The position numbers were made by a program, and so were the translations under genes. From Auanema rhodensis (taxonomy: Eukaryota; Animalia; Nematoda), in NCBI GenBank assembly GCA_964057225.1, contig OZ059894.1, positions 10,726,001 to 10,790,000 on the forward strand: a stretch of 64,000 nucleotides of DNA. Direction: 5' to 3'. Within the stretch, counting starts at the first letter, position 1. Each line of letters starts with the position of its first letter. This document shows positions 1 to 12,800 of this stretch, one piece after another. Under the pieces are notes generated by a model. The model worked only from the letters and a program-made list of their open reading frames with translations, made no database searches and had not been told where the DNA came from.

Positions 1-1268
1 TGAAACTGAGCAATTGATCCTAGAGACATTATGATTACACCTTTTTCACCCTTTTCCATAATTTGTCTAATTCTCTGTAAATTTAGTTTAAAACAATTTA
101 GATTTCTTTCGATAAAACCTCATCTTCTAATGGTTTTGGTTCCGTAACGCCTAGTCCTCCGATATAAATTGTTTTATGTGTGATTGGGCGTGGCAAATCA
201 AACATTTCATCTGCATTAACAAAACATAAACTACTATTTGCCACTATATCTCGAAGATTAGGGAAATTAGTATCGACATGTTGACGAAAAACCTTCAAAA
301 AACAAGTAAGCTTGTCAATAATATGCAATATAATTAGGAAAAAAGCCTACCTGTGTTGCCAAGTCTGTTCCCCATCTATGAACGAAAATAGTTCCTACAT
401 ACATGTACATATTGTACATTCTCTGCCAGAAGTTCATTACATCACCGTTATCATTTTCCTCAATTGTTGGTACATATGATGTAGGAGCAGGTATTCCTTA
501 AATCATTATGGCTACAACTAATTCAAACAGAATTAAAATAAACCTAAGTTATAGCTAACAGCATCCATAAGAGCTGTTGTTGAGATCCACAGAATATTTT
601 TTATTTCCAAATATCTGAGAATTGTACATGAGAATTCACAAATTCAACAGAAATGAAATAAAAAAAATCTTTTATGATACCTCAATATACCAACTCCACA
701 AAAATCAATCTGTTCTGTGAATGCAACATCAAAATTATAGGTACGAAGAAATTCAAGTTCCTCCTTTCTTTCCATAATTGCTAGATATGCATGTTCGTTA
801 TATTTTGATTTTTGCTTCACTTAAACTCACCATTACACATGTGAGAGCAGGAATATTCAAAGTACAATCTCTCAAGTAATCCTAATGAATCATGAGCAAG
901 AATATACTCATCGGAACCTTCCAAATCATCATGGAATTTAGAACCTAAATTAAGAAAATATGATATTGGAAAAATAATTTAATCTCCATACTTATATTAT
1001 TCATTTGAATTATTTTTGCCTTTTTTGCTCCTTGGAAATTTCTTAAATCTTTAACATATTCCGGGACAAATACTACCTATAGTTCAAATGTTGCAAAATT
1101 GAACTTGAACGTTCATGAACTTACAACTTCATGACCAGCTTCAGCTAGCGTGTCTGCTATACGTCCATTGGATATTAGATGACTAGCAGATATAGATGGA
1201 CTATATACTAATATTCGATATGACTGAGTTAAACAAACAAATTTTAGTAATAAAAGTACAACAAACAT
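1..1268 (-). CDS. UDP-glucuronosyltransferase (nematode ugt family), 5' part; multi-exon, continues beyond the left edge
   Basis: ATG at 1268 directly after a TTTTCAG acceptor. Exon 1 reads MFVVLLLLKFVCLTQSYRILVYSPSISASHLISNGRIADTLAEAGHEV (signal peptide + UGT N-terminal motif). A later exon gives VDTNFPNLRDIVANSSLCFVNADEMFDLPRPITHKTIYIGGLG, typical of UGTs. Short GT-AG introns. Confidence 0.92.
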
Positions 1269-1448
1269 CTGAAAAATTAAATAAAATATTGTAAAAATTC
1301 AAAAACATCAAGCAAACAACGATAAATTAAACATTAACTTTACAAATATTTAATTATTTTCAATTGAAGTACACTCGATTATACATTAAATATAATTAAA
1401 TTATTCTATTAAATGATTTAATCAATGTTGTAGTCAAGTTGTGTTCAT

Positions 1449-1491
1449 CTTATCTTATCATTAAAAGAATGATTTCTTTGATTCTTTATCA
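1449..1491 (-). promoter_or_regulatory. Cluster of GATA sites (TGATAAGATAAG, TGATAA) upstream of the UGT gene
   Basis: cttatcttatca at 1449-1460 and ttatca at 1486-1491, ~180-220 bp upstream of the ATG. TGATAA is the known nematode intestinal ELT-2 site; function here is inferred. Confidence 0.45.
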
Positions 1492-1895
1492 TATGGAATA
1501 TATTTATTTATTTTTCCTAATAGGAAAAAGTTGTTTTTGGCATTAAATTCTTATGTTCATAAGATATTTATAAGATTATAATAAATAATATTAGTTATTA
1601 TAATATGAAAATAAAGATTTAGTCGAATATTTCTTGAAAATGAAGTTTAGTTTCAAATATTATGATTTCTCTTTTAAATCAAAATAATAGATAATGTAGA
1701 TAAAGGTTGTATTGATCAGCTGAATTCATTCGAATGTTGTCGTTCAGGGAAGATAGTTGAGAATAAAAGCAGAAGTCAAGGAATATTTGTTAGCGCATAC
1801 TCAAGTCTCCACTTTTCTTCCAAGACATTTCTTTCGATTAGGCAATTTTGATTAAAGGAATAGAATTCATTTTCATTCAGATTATTCATTTAGAA

Positions 1896-1920
1896 TATAT
1901 ATATATAGAGAGAGAGAGAG

Positions 1921-1981
<61 letters not shown>
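1896..1981. repeat. (TA)n/(GA)n compound microsatellite
   Basis: Directly visible. Confidence 0.95.
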
Positions 1982-1986
<5 letters not shown>

Positions 1987-3411
1987 TAAATATAAAGAAA
2001 AACCATTATGCATTTGATTTACGTTGGAAAAAAATTAAATTATTTTAGTTGTGTTCAGTTTTTATAGTGAAAAAAAATGTGATTGTTGAACATGTTAATT
2101 ATTGAACTTCTATTATGCACTATTCAAGTTTTTTTTTTTAAAAAGTAAAACAAAAAACTATAAAACATGTTATTTTTGATCTTTTTTCAAATGATATCAT
2201 ATAGAAAACACTAATTTCTGATGAAGAGTTTTATGAAAATTAAATGTTTGATAATATATACATACGATTAGAAAAACTTTCTTATCAAATTATTATTAAA
2301 ATATGTATTTCTTTCAAATTTTTCAATTAAAAATCAAAAATATATTTTTTGGATGAACGATACAAGAATTTGTTCACTTAAACTCAAAAAAAGAGCTAAA
2401 ATCAACAAAAAAAAAGAAAATGTTTTCTTTCAATTAAATGCATACATATGTTACATTCAATTCGTTTTATTATGACTCACATAGAGAACAACTATTCTTT
2501 TTATAGCAACCAGAGTTTCCACGTTTTTTCTAAATTTTCATACAGAGAAAATCACGAAAAATGTGAATGCATGGCAACTGACAACTCAATTTTATTCTAT
2601 ATATTCTGAATGGCATGTTGTCAACTGGATCTGGCACTATCGCTCATTAATTGACTTTCGCATGGAATTCCTTTCGAACTTTAGCCCTGACGTAGTTTAC
2701 TAAGAATAATTTCATGAAGTATAAGCATATTTGACTAGTGAATTGACGATAAGGTCTAAGAAAAGAATCCGCTTAAAAATTCTCAAACTGCAATTGGAAA
2801 ACACTTTAGATTTTTGAAGGTTTAACTTTCAAGATTAAAAAATAAACAACGAAAAGATGAAAATCACACGACCTTATTTGCCGAAATATGACTGTTAACT
2901 TTGATAACTTCAACTTTAAATATCATGTACTATCTATTCACTTTTAAAATATCATTCAGACTTTAATTAGCGTCCAAATTGTTCTAATAATTTACAAACA
3001 TTAATAAAGTTCACAAACAACAAAGAACCAATAATAGACACTGTTCAAAAAATAATTAGGCTAGAACAGAGCATCACTATGTCGTAAGATCTACATCTAA
3101 GATAGATAAATAAAAAATCAAAAAACGACACCGGACATTGTTGAGGAAGACTTCTAAACTTAGACATAAAGTTGATGAGATGATGATGGTATACAATTAA
3201 AGTTTAGGAAAGCAAAATTAGCATCCCGTTAAAAAGGAAAAGAAATTTTCTACCAACTAAGCATTGACATGGCGGGCGAGGGATTATCGTTCAGAATGAG
3301 ACAAAAATGTGTGAATAAAAACGCTGCCAATTAGCGACCTCAGATATTGCAATGCGTGCCTAAATCTTTGGCCAGGCAGTTTCTCAGACTACACTAATGG
3401 AAATTTACTTC

Positions 3412-6129
3412 TCATTCCAATCCAACGGTGAATACTTTTGCCAAGGCATCAGCTCCTGCAGAACCAATTAGAGATCGCGATGGATGGAAAGCAACACAGT
3501 TGACAGAAGCATCATATTTTTTCCGATGAGCAGATATTTCCTGAGAAAAAGAATGTAAACACATAAAGTAAAAATCACCAAACCTGCTGACAAATACGTT
3601 TTTCCATATTCCATAAACGAAGACTTCCGTCATGGCTACCCGATAAAAGATACAAGCCATTAGGGTCAATTGCAAGTGAAGATATTCCTTCCATATGAGC
3701 CATAGTACTATGAATTTGCTTGCCTTAAAAAAATGTCTCAAATTCAAAAAAATTGTTTCAGAAATACCCGTGGTATTATCAAAGTATCGAATTTTTCTAT
3801 CATCTCCTGCTATAATAGTCATGCCCATAGTTGGATGAGAAAGTATTCGTGTGATCAATTCAACAACTTCTGGAAGAATACATAAACAATGTAGAATATT
3901 AAATGAAAAAATAACCTTCTCCAAAATCGAAACTGAGCAGAACAGCTCCAGTTTCAATATCAATAATTCGTGCCTGAGATTTTGTGTAGCCAGCCAAAAG
4001 CTGAGTTTGTTCTGTTGATACAAAATCAACAGATGTTGGAACGGCATCAGTAACATCGCTTTCAATGGTACGTAAAAGGGGTTGTTCAAAGTTTCCTGTA
4101 GAAAATGTTCAGCTACTTCACCTTTGAAAAAAATACCTGGTTCCCATAGTTTAATTGTACCATCAGATGATGCAGAAGCCAACTTATTATCAGATGAATG
4201 ATATGCAATAGACCAAACAATGTCTTGATGGCCCTTTAAAGTTTCGGACAAAACTTTGGGATCTTAGAACAGGTGGATATTGAAAAAAAAAAGATTATCA
4301 AACCGTATGCTTCATGAGGGTCAATGTTACTACTAGGTACATTCCAACAACAGATCTTACCATCATGTCCTCCTGAATAAAATAACTTGAATTCTATCCT
4401 AATACGATACCCATACCTGTGAATAAATAATCACCAGTTGGAGAAAGATCCATGCAAAGTACAGGTCCAAGATGACCCCGAAACGTATAAATGGGATCTA
4501 ATCCATCGCTGCCATGCTTTTCATCTTTGCGAGGTTCTAAGCACCACATTTTAATCGTACTATCTTCACTTGCGGTGAACAGCACAGGCTCAACAGGATG
4601 GAACTGAAGAAAATTGTATTTACAACTAGTAATGCATATTTTTTACCTGCATAGCCCTGATTGAATCAAGGTGTGATCGAAGTGTCATTTTCTGACTCCA
4701 TTTGATAGCAGCAACAGAATTTTCCTCATCCTAAATACATCTACATCAAAAGTTTGAAAAATCTAATTTTTATACACTGGAAATAAAATTGTCTTTTATG
4801 TCTATAGCGGCATCCGAAGAAAGACCGAGAACATCATCGATATCCATAAAACCTTCCTGGCGACTTTTGCTCTTCGGAGGATTCTGAGCCAAACTCATCC
4901 CGTCATCTATGAACACATCAGTACATATAGTTTATTAAATTGAACTACCAGGTTGTCTTTTATGCTCCTCTTCATCAAGGCTGCTGGCATTCTTTTTCGT
5001 TCTTTTCTCATTTCTTAAATCAGTAAAATATGTTATTATGGAACAAATTATGTTTACTTGTATTTTTCCTTCAGACGATCTATGGCTTCCTGATCGGTAG
5101 TGGACCATTCATCTCTAGTTTTTTCATCCTTAAGAAAAGAAAACTCATCGAGCGCCTGAGCAGCATCAGCATCAAACTCTTTTGAACGATCATCCCCTTC
5201 ATAATCACTAAAATAAAGCGTTTTCTTGCGCTTAGAACACTAAATTACCTATCATCATCTCTTTTTCCTGAGCCATTGTATTTACCGCCTGATACACGTT
5301 CACTTGAGGGCCAGTCGCCCTGAATATATTGATAAGCAAAAAGACAATGAACATTAAAATACCTCAGGTATAAGCCCAAGCAGATTTTTAACTCGGAAGG
5401 ATCTAACATCCAATATATTTTCGCTATAACCTATTTCCTAAATTAAGCATAAGCAAAATTATAATAGCGAAATTATTGTACTTGTAAATATTGCTTCAAA
5501 AGTTGGCGCCCTTGTTTCCAAGTTAAAGCACTACCACTGGGACCCATATCATCAGTAGTAACAGGATTTTCTTTAATCGTGAGATTGCACCGAGTTTATA
5601 GCAAGAGCTTACCTGTTATTGGATCAGGCTCCGGTTCAGTTTCCTCATACTGTGGAGGATCCTCACCATTATGTGTAAGTCGGTAAGTTTTGGCTCTAAG
5701 ATACAACGAGATTAAAAAACCACATGAATAAAAATATACCTCTCTTGTTTCAAACAGTATTCTAACATTTTTATACGTCGTATTAGGTCTGCCTTCAGAT
5801 TTTCCTGCCCTTTTCTCTCTCCTTGTAAGAAACTTATTCTAGCCTTCAACAAAAAAATTAAAAATTAATTCATATAAGCAATATAAGAACCTGCATCTCG
5901 GCTCTTTCCATTTCCCATCTTGCTCGTTCCATCTCACTCCTGCTCCACTCATGTTGCAAAAAGTGAAGGACGCCGTGCATGGTATAAGGAGTTTTTTTTG
6001 GCTAAAATAATAAAATCAATAAATAATTTGAAGTAAGATAAATTAAAAACTCAAAAAAACACTTACATTTTCATCCTTATGTTGTTGACCTTGTTGGCCA
6101 GCACTGTTTTGCTGATCCTCACCCTGCAT
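3412..6129 (-). CDS. cash-1: Striatin (STRIPAK scaffold, PP2A B''' subunit), multi-exon
   Basis: Spliced exons give the striatin N-terminal domain YTMHGVLHFLQHEWSRSEMERARWEMERAEMQARISFLQGERKGQENLKADLIRRIKMLEYCLKQER. C-terminal WD40 repeats follow (LFTASEDSTIKMW, TLKGHQDIVWSIAYH, ISAHRKKYDASVNCVAFHPSRSLIGSAGADALAKVF). Stop at 3412-3414. Start at ATG 6129 is inferred, because the upstream exon ~6211-6286 has no ATG. Confidence 0.93.
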
Positions 6130-6289
6130 GACCCCTGGAACAGCTATACCGCCACCTAAAAATGTTTTAAATAAAAATAAATAAACGATATAAAGAAATA
6201 TTTTACTCACAGTGCACCTAGGTGTTTCACAAATTGACGGGGGTAATATAGTTCGTGTCACCTTACTAGGTTAAATCTAAAATACCAAA

Positions 6290-6810
6290 AAGACATAGAA
6301 CCATGAGTTATACAAGAAAGAGAAAAACTTTAAAAATAGAATACATAGAATCCCAATTAACTGAATCAAATATTCAACTTCAAATTTCAAAAACTTCGAG
6401 ATTCTTGAAAAAAACCATTATTTTCAAGTTAAGTTGGTCCAGGCAAATCAGCGCGCGCAACACGCCACGCATATATCCGAGCACGCTTGTCATTAGCCGT
6501 AGAGCAGTCATATTTGAAGTGACACCTATAATAGCTTATTATAAGTAAAAGTCTCTATTCATACTTTTCTATATTTGTTTTTATTGTAAGGGAACTGAGC
6601 CTTGTTTACGTGAATTTAAATATTGTTTTTATTTATATTTTGTTTAATTTGATTTATCAATTTGATGATAAATATTTAATATTTTGAATTATTTTTATGA
6701 ACTAATTATTTTCTTGACCTTTATCTTCATAATAACACTATATTTTATTATCCTGACGAGACTTAATCAATTTAAATGTTCTAAATACACAGAGCTCTAA
6801 AATTTCAGCC
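6290..6810. promoter_or_regulatory. Short divergent promoter region shared by striatin and the ALS2-type gene
   Basis: Head-to-head genes with acceptors ~520 bp apart and a local GC-rich island (cagcgcgcgcaacacgccacgc, ~6449-6470) in AT-rich DNA. Confidence 0.55.
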
Positions 6811-6823
6811 TTCATTTTTGTGA

Positions 6824-9800
6824 ATGCAAAGTGAATTAAGTTGCATTAATAGTATTGAGCATGATTCCTGGAACGAAAAGGAGAATTCACCTGTTAAACT
6901 TGACCAACATGTTACAAATGATATTTTATTCAAGGTAGTTTTGATTATTTTCACAATTTCGATTTGCTATTCTAATGCACAAGGGTCATTTATTTGTTAT
7001 AAACAGAATATTCTCTGAGTCTTGTATTTTAGAACCTAACCCGAAAAACTCAAAAAGGATCTTACGAAATTCAAAGAAATCAGAATGTTTCGTCACTTCA
7101 TCTTAGCGAATCGGGTGAATTGATAGAATTCATAAAGATTTATCGCAAATGTTGTCACCCAATCGAAAACCAAAGGTTTTATATCACTATAAGTATTATT
7201 ATCATTGTTTTTTCACTAAGGATGATAATTTCGCACATAGTACTCTCGGAGCAGTCTGGTATTCTTGTTGACAGTACTAATAATTTGTGGTCTTTTAACT
7301 GTGATGAATTGACTGAGAGTAATCAAATGACTACATCTTATCTTTGCTCTTTTCCAAATTGTACATTTCTTAAAATTGTTGCGGGAAGGTAGAAAAGAAC
7401 TTTTTTTTATGAAAATCAAATGTCTTTAAGAAATCATTTTCTGGTATTTTTGAAACGAGACGGGTCTAAAAATAATAAATCTACTTCAAAAAATGAAAAT
7501 CAGCTTTCCAAAAATTTTGATATTTGCCCAATTTGTCAATCAGACGAAGAGACTATGAGACGGATTTCCGAAGTATATGTAGAATCAGATAAGGTTGCCT
7601 TATAAAATTATCGGGATTCACTATTCTATACAGATATCTGAAAGTCTTTCTGCCACCTCCGGAGAGGAAAATAATCAGCAACTTAGATCACATAACCAAA
7701 TGCATCATATGAAGTTGGCTTAACATTGTTTATTAATATTATAAGAGATATTGAAGTGAACTTCAAGAGCATTTAATGAGAAAGCACTGCTTGAATTCGC
7801 TGTCAGAAGACGTTCTTATGGATAACCCTTGGGATATAGTCAACTATAAAGGCAATTTTTTATTTTATTTTGAAAATAATTTGAATTTAGACCGTTCATA
7901 TTCACAATCTAATCCACACGAATTAGATTTCTCATTTGTTTCTCTTGATCGTATTTCTATTTGGGACCAAATATACTTAGCAAATGGTAAGAAAATTATG
8001 AAAATGAATAATAAATAATTATTTTTTTTCGAATTTTCAAACATAGAAGAAGAAGAAACTGATTCTAAACAAGGTAAATTATTTATTAGTTATATAAATA
8101 ATCTTAATTTTTAAGAATGTAATCGGATTTGTTCTCTAGAAGTGTGGTCTTTTGGTGATAATAAATGCGGTCAGCTGGGTTTATCCGATATTATTGACAG
8201 GTTGGCATTATTATTGCTTATATGTATATTTATTCATAAAAATGTATATAAAGGTCGATCCCAAATAAGATCACTGCCCTTCAAGGAAATTTTATAATTG
8301 ATGTAGTAGCGGGATCGGACTTCTCTGCTGTGCTAACAGCGGCTGGTGAAGTAATATCAGGGTCAAATATAGGCAGTTATACATTTTTTTAGGTATATAT
8401 ATGGGGGAAAAACATATCTAGTAATGGTGATGAAGCTATTTTGGAACCCAAAAGGCAAAAAGTAAAATAATATATTATATTTAACTTTATACTATTATGT
8501 GTTATTATATTTCAGCTAGGACTTAATCAATTTGCATTTGACATTACGGTAACCAATGATGCTCTTTGGATACTGTTGAATGGACCTGGCGCTACAGTAA
8601 CCCTATATCGTATTGGTGAGCTGTTAGGCGGAAATACGACAACAAGAGTTAAACTAATAAAAGTGGGATTTTATATTATTTAATTTTTTATATATTTTTC
8701 AAATTGTTTAAGTAATTAATATTTTATTTGATATTCTTATTTCTTTTTTATTTATTCAAAATTTTTTGTATTCATTAGTCTCGTTTATTTATTCTTTTGA
8801 TTTTGAAATCAAACAATATACATAATATTTACTAATATATATTAGAAAAACTTTAAATTCCTGTGAAAATAATAATTTGAACTTTGTTTAGGATCAAATC
8901 CCTATCAAAATTTCTGGAACAGAAACTAAAGTTCATATGCTCAAGCTTTTACCTCATGAACGCTTAAAAAACTTATTATCTATTCATTTTGAATCTTCAC
9001 AAATGACAAAACTTATAAAAGGAATACTTGATATACTAAATAGATTAAGTAAGAAAATTTCTTTAATTTCTTTTTCTTTTTATTAATTTTAGAAGAGGAT
9101 ATATCAGTGCTGTGCGAAAATTGTCAGATGTTATTATCATTTTATCAAGAGTTTTCAATGTTAGTTAAATTATATTTTATTTTTCATATTTTTATCTTTT
9201 TCAAAATTTAGAAGATTAATTGGTTTTTTAATTTTTGTTATAGTGTTATTCAATACACCCGAACCCTCATTCAAAGTTCTACAACAGATCATGATGCTCT
9301 TGATGTATTTGGAAAGTATTCTTCTAAAGAATTTATGAAAAATCTTGAAAATGCTTTAAAGGCATGTGCAGTGTCATTGGCATCTGGACAACTTCATTCC
9401 TATGCATATCCGTAAAAACTACATTTTTTATTAATTTTCATTCATTTTCACAAATTCAGCGCTGATTTAAAGTTGCACATAGATCGCTTAGCCACAGAAT
9501 ACAACGAAGATTCAACTCAACCTGCAAAAGTTTTAGGTAAACAAAGGTCAAAACAATGTTAACTAAGGAAATTTCTTTTATAGTCAAACTTTTTTTTCGA
9601 ATAATCAATTGGTTAAAATATTTGGAAACATTTGGACAACAATTGGCTCTATTACCTAAAGTTAGTTTTGTTTATAAAAAATTTCAACACAACTACAGTA
9701 TTGTTGCTCCACGGTACTCAGATTGATATCGTTTACAATGTTACAAATTGTCTTTTTACAATACTTTTGATGAGTGCTATCACTTATACGGTGTTGGAAT

Positions 9801-12800
9801 TCCGTAAATAGCGAGAGATATGGAGACAAAATTTTTTTAAAACGGGAAGTGATCAAAGAACATCTTTGTTTCTAAAGTTAGACGAGGAACTAAGATTCTA
9901 CACGTGTTTTTGTTATTAGTTCCATTCAAGTCATATCTATATCACATCCCCTTCTCTTTTCTCACGAAGCTAACTAGTATCAAACAAAGTATTTCTCTCT
10001 GTTCTTCATCTTTTAAGCCTGTCACGCATATCTTGCGTGAGCTAAATTCGCTTTCTTTTTATTTGTATGGCGCTAATTGTCTGATCATAGTCATCAGCCT
10101 GCATTTTGAGAGCATATGTGATTTGAAATATCGGTCACTAGATGAGACCAGTTTTTTGCCGACGCTGTTATTATCATTTCCATTTTTGTATTTCGATTCC
10201 GATTATCTTAAGACTAAGTTGTTATGAGACAGCGTCAAGGGTGACACCTTATGTTGGATAATCAGATACGTTTTAGAGCGACCAGGGAAAGTATGAGACA
10301 TTCATGATCTCGAACTTCCCACTACTATGAGCTATTATTTCTCAATTTAATAGGAACATGTTTGATCCACTATTGCTTGATTAATCTATTAAAAAACTAA
10401 TATATCATGTTTGTTTGTTATATTCGAATATAATGGATATATTAAACGTTTCTATTAGTTCATAATTTTCGATAGAAACTTGTTTCTTGATGTTTAGTCA
10501 GCAACAGTTCGGACAACATCTTGAACACTAACTTGACGTTATTAATGGTTTTGACATAAAGTTTACAAGTAGAACGAAGTGTTGAACTTATTTAATTAGA
10601 TAAAATACTAAAGAGTTTTATATATTTTCTTTATTAGAGATATGAATTATATTCTTTCATTTTCAATTTCTGATGTCTAGTATATGAACTTGATCTTTTT
10701 GGAGAATAATAACTTACAACATTGGTATCATAGAAGCTGGTCAACTCTTCAGTTCTACCTTTTAAGCTAAAATATTGTCTCTTTGAATATTTTGATTATC
10801 ATATTTTCAATAATTAAGTTTGAATTGTTGAAAATGTCTAAGAGATTAGATTTTTTAAACTTTTATCGAAGTTGACTTTCTTCTAAACGACATAGATGGA
10901 ATCCTAGATTTCTTCTTGTTCTGTTTTTTAAAATTATCAAATAGAAGAATACAACGTACTAAAAGTGATTGGAGAAGATTAATGATGATCTGGTCCAACT
11001 GATATCACGTACGCACGTGATGTCATGTCATCGACTTTATACCATCGATTGACAGCTCTCTAAGTCACTAATTTCGTCGAATTTGGCAATCTCGAAATTA
11101 GTGATTTTGATTTGAAGTTCATATTCAAATAGCTGCTAAGATTTGATAAAATAATGATAAAACGGATAAAATATAAGAATTTATTGCACTAGGAACAAGT
11201 AACAATTAGTGCTTCAAGTTCTTATGAGAATAAAATACAAGTACAAGTATTTACATGAGAATTGAGTAAATTATATACATATTCACAACATATAAGGGGA
11301 CAAATTATTGAAGACAAATGGCTAAAGAATATGTACAATATGATTTTTTTTGGAATTTAATGGGATAAAAATACCCGTGAGATATAGAGAAAATGAGATG
11401 TTTGAATAGAGATTTCGTTGACCATATTTAGTCTACTGTACAATTTGATATTATTAGAAAAAAAGAAATGTAGAATGGTAGGGAAAGAAATAGTAGATGA
11501 AATAGGAATGGTATAGGAAATATGAAATTGTCACTCCTTATTAGACAATTAAATAGCTGGAATTTATGAATTGTATCCAGTTAAGAATCCAGTGGTTTTC
11601 TTCATTTCACGAACGAAGTCACTAGAGCATTCACAGCAGATTGAGCAGATCATACCCATTGGGTATCCTTTGTTATCAGTGCAGCTATTCATAGGAACGA
11701 AAGTTTGATGACAAGCTGAACCCTTTTGTTCCTCCTTTTCCAAATTCAAGCTTCCATCATTAGCAACTGGGCCAACACATCCAGAAAAGTGACATTTTGG
11801 TGGTTGAACCTGAAAATGATATTCTTAGAAATTCGAAATAGCAACGGAGAAAGTGAGATTCTCAGAGATGGTATTAACCTACCTTATCGAATTCTCCTCC
11901 TTCAAGGAATGTGGCGGAGGGGTTAACAACAGCTGGAGATTCTTCTCCGAAGTTGAAATAATCCATGTTGGGTTCTTCTGTAGATCGGGAATCCCCAGTT
12001 TTAGTTAGTGTTCCAGTGAGCTTTGGAGCGACGCCGGGTTGTTGAGTAGCAGAATCGAAATCATCTTCCGAATTCATTTGGATCTCGTCGAGTTTAAATG
12101 GAAGAGCAAATTCTTTTTGTTTCTTCATCATTGGCAATTTTTCATGTTTTTTCGAGGCACGGTCTTGTTCAGAAGTAATGCCATCAACATCCATATTGAC
12201 GAATTTTCCTTGACTTGACATATCTGACATAATAAATCCGCTGATATCATCATCAGATGGAGCAGAGAAAGCAGATGATGGAAAGTTAACTGAAAAATGA
12301 AAAGATAAGTTTTGTGATAAGAAATTACTTTACTTTTTGATAAATCATAATAACAAACAAGATTCTAGTAATATCAAAAAACTAACCAGAGAAAGTAGGC
12401 TCTCCGAATGTTGTTGATGAAGGGAAAGCTGAAGCGAACCCGAGAACAGCAAGTACTATTAATAGAAACATTTTGACAGAAATAGAATTACAAGATTTCT
12501 GATAATAGTAGACGTAGAAGAGGTAAGGCGCTGTTCTAACAAGCTATGTAAGATTTCTTGTGGTTTTTCCCACTAACTTCCTTATATAGGAGTGAGATGG
12601 TTGAAGGGGCGTGGTTAGAATCAGACATAGACACATACACACATACATGAATGTACAGGCAGGCTGACGACGTTATGTCGATGGCGTAGTAAATGCGTTG
12701 AAGACGCCGTCAACGTCGACCATTGGCGACATGATCGTCACGTGGACTTCAGATTACAACTGATACTATCTAATCACGGGATAGTCTGGATGATTGGAGT

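Noticed and set aside
3412-4251. 279-aa ORF as a single striatin exon
   Set aside because: It reads through several short introns. Only the ends are in the WD40 frame; the middle is out-of-frame or intronic.
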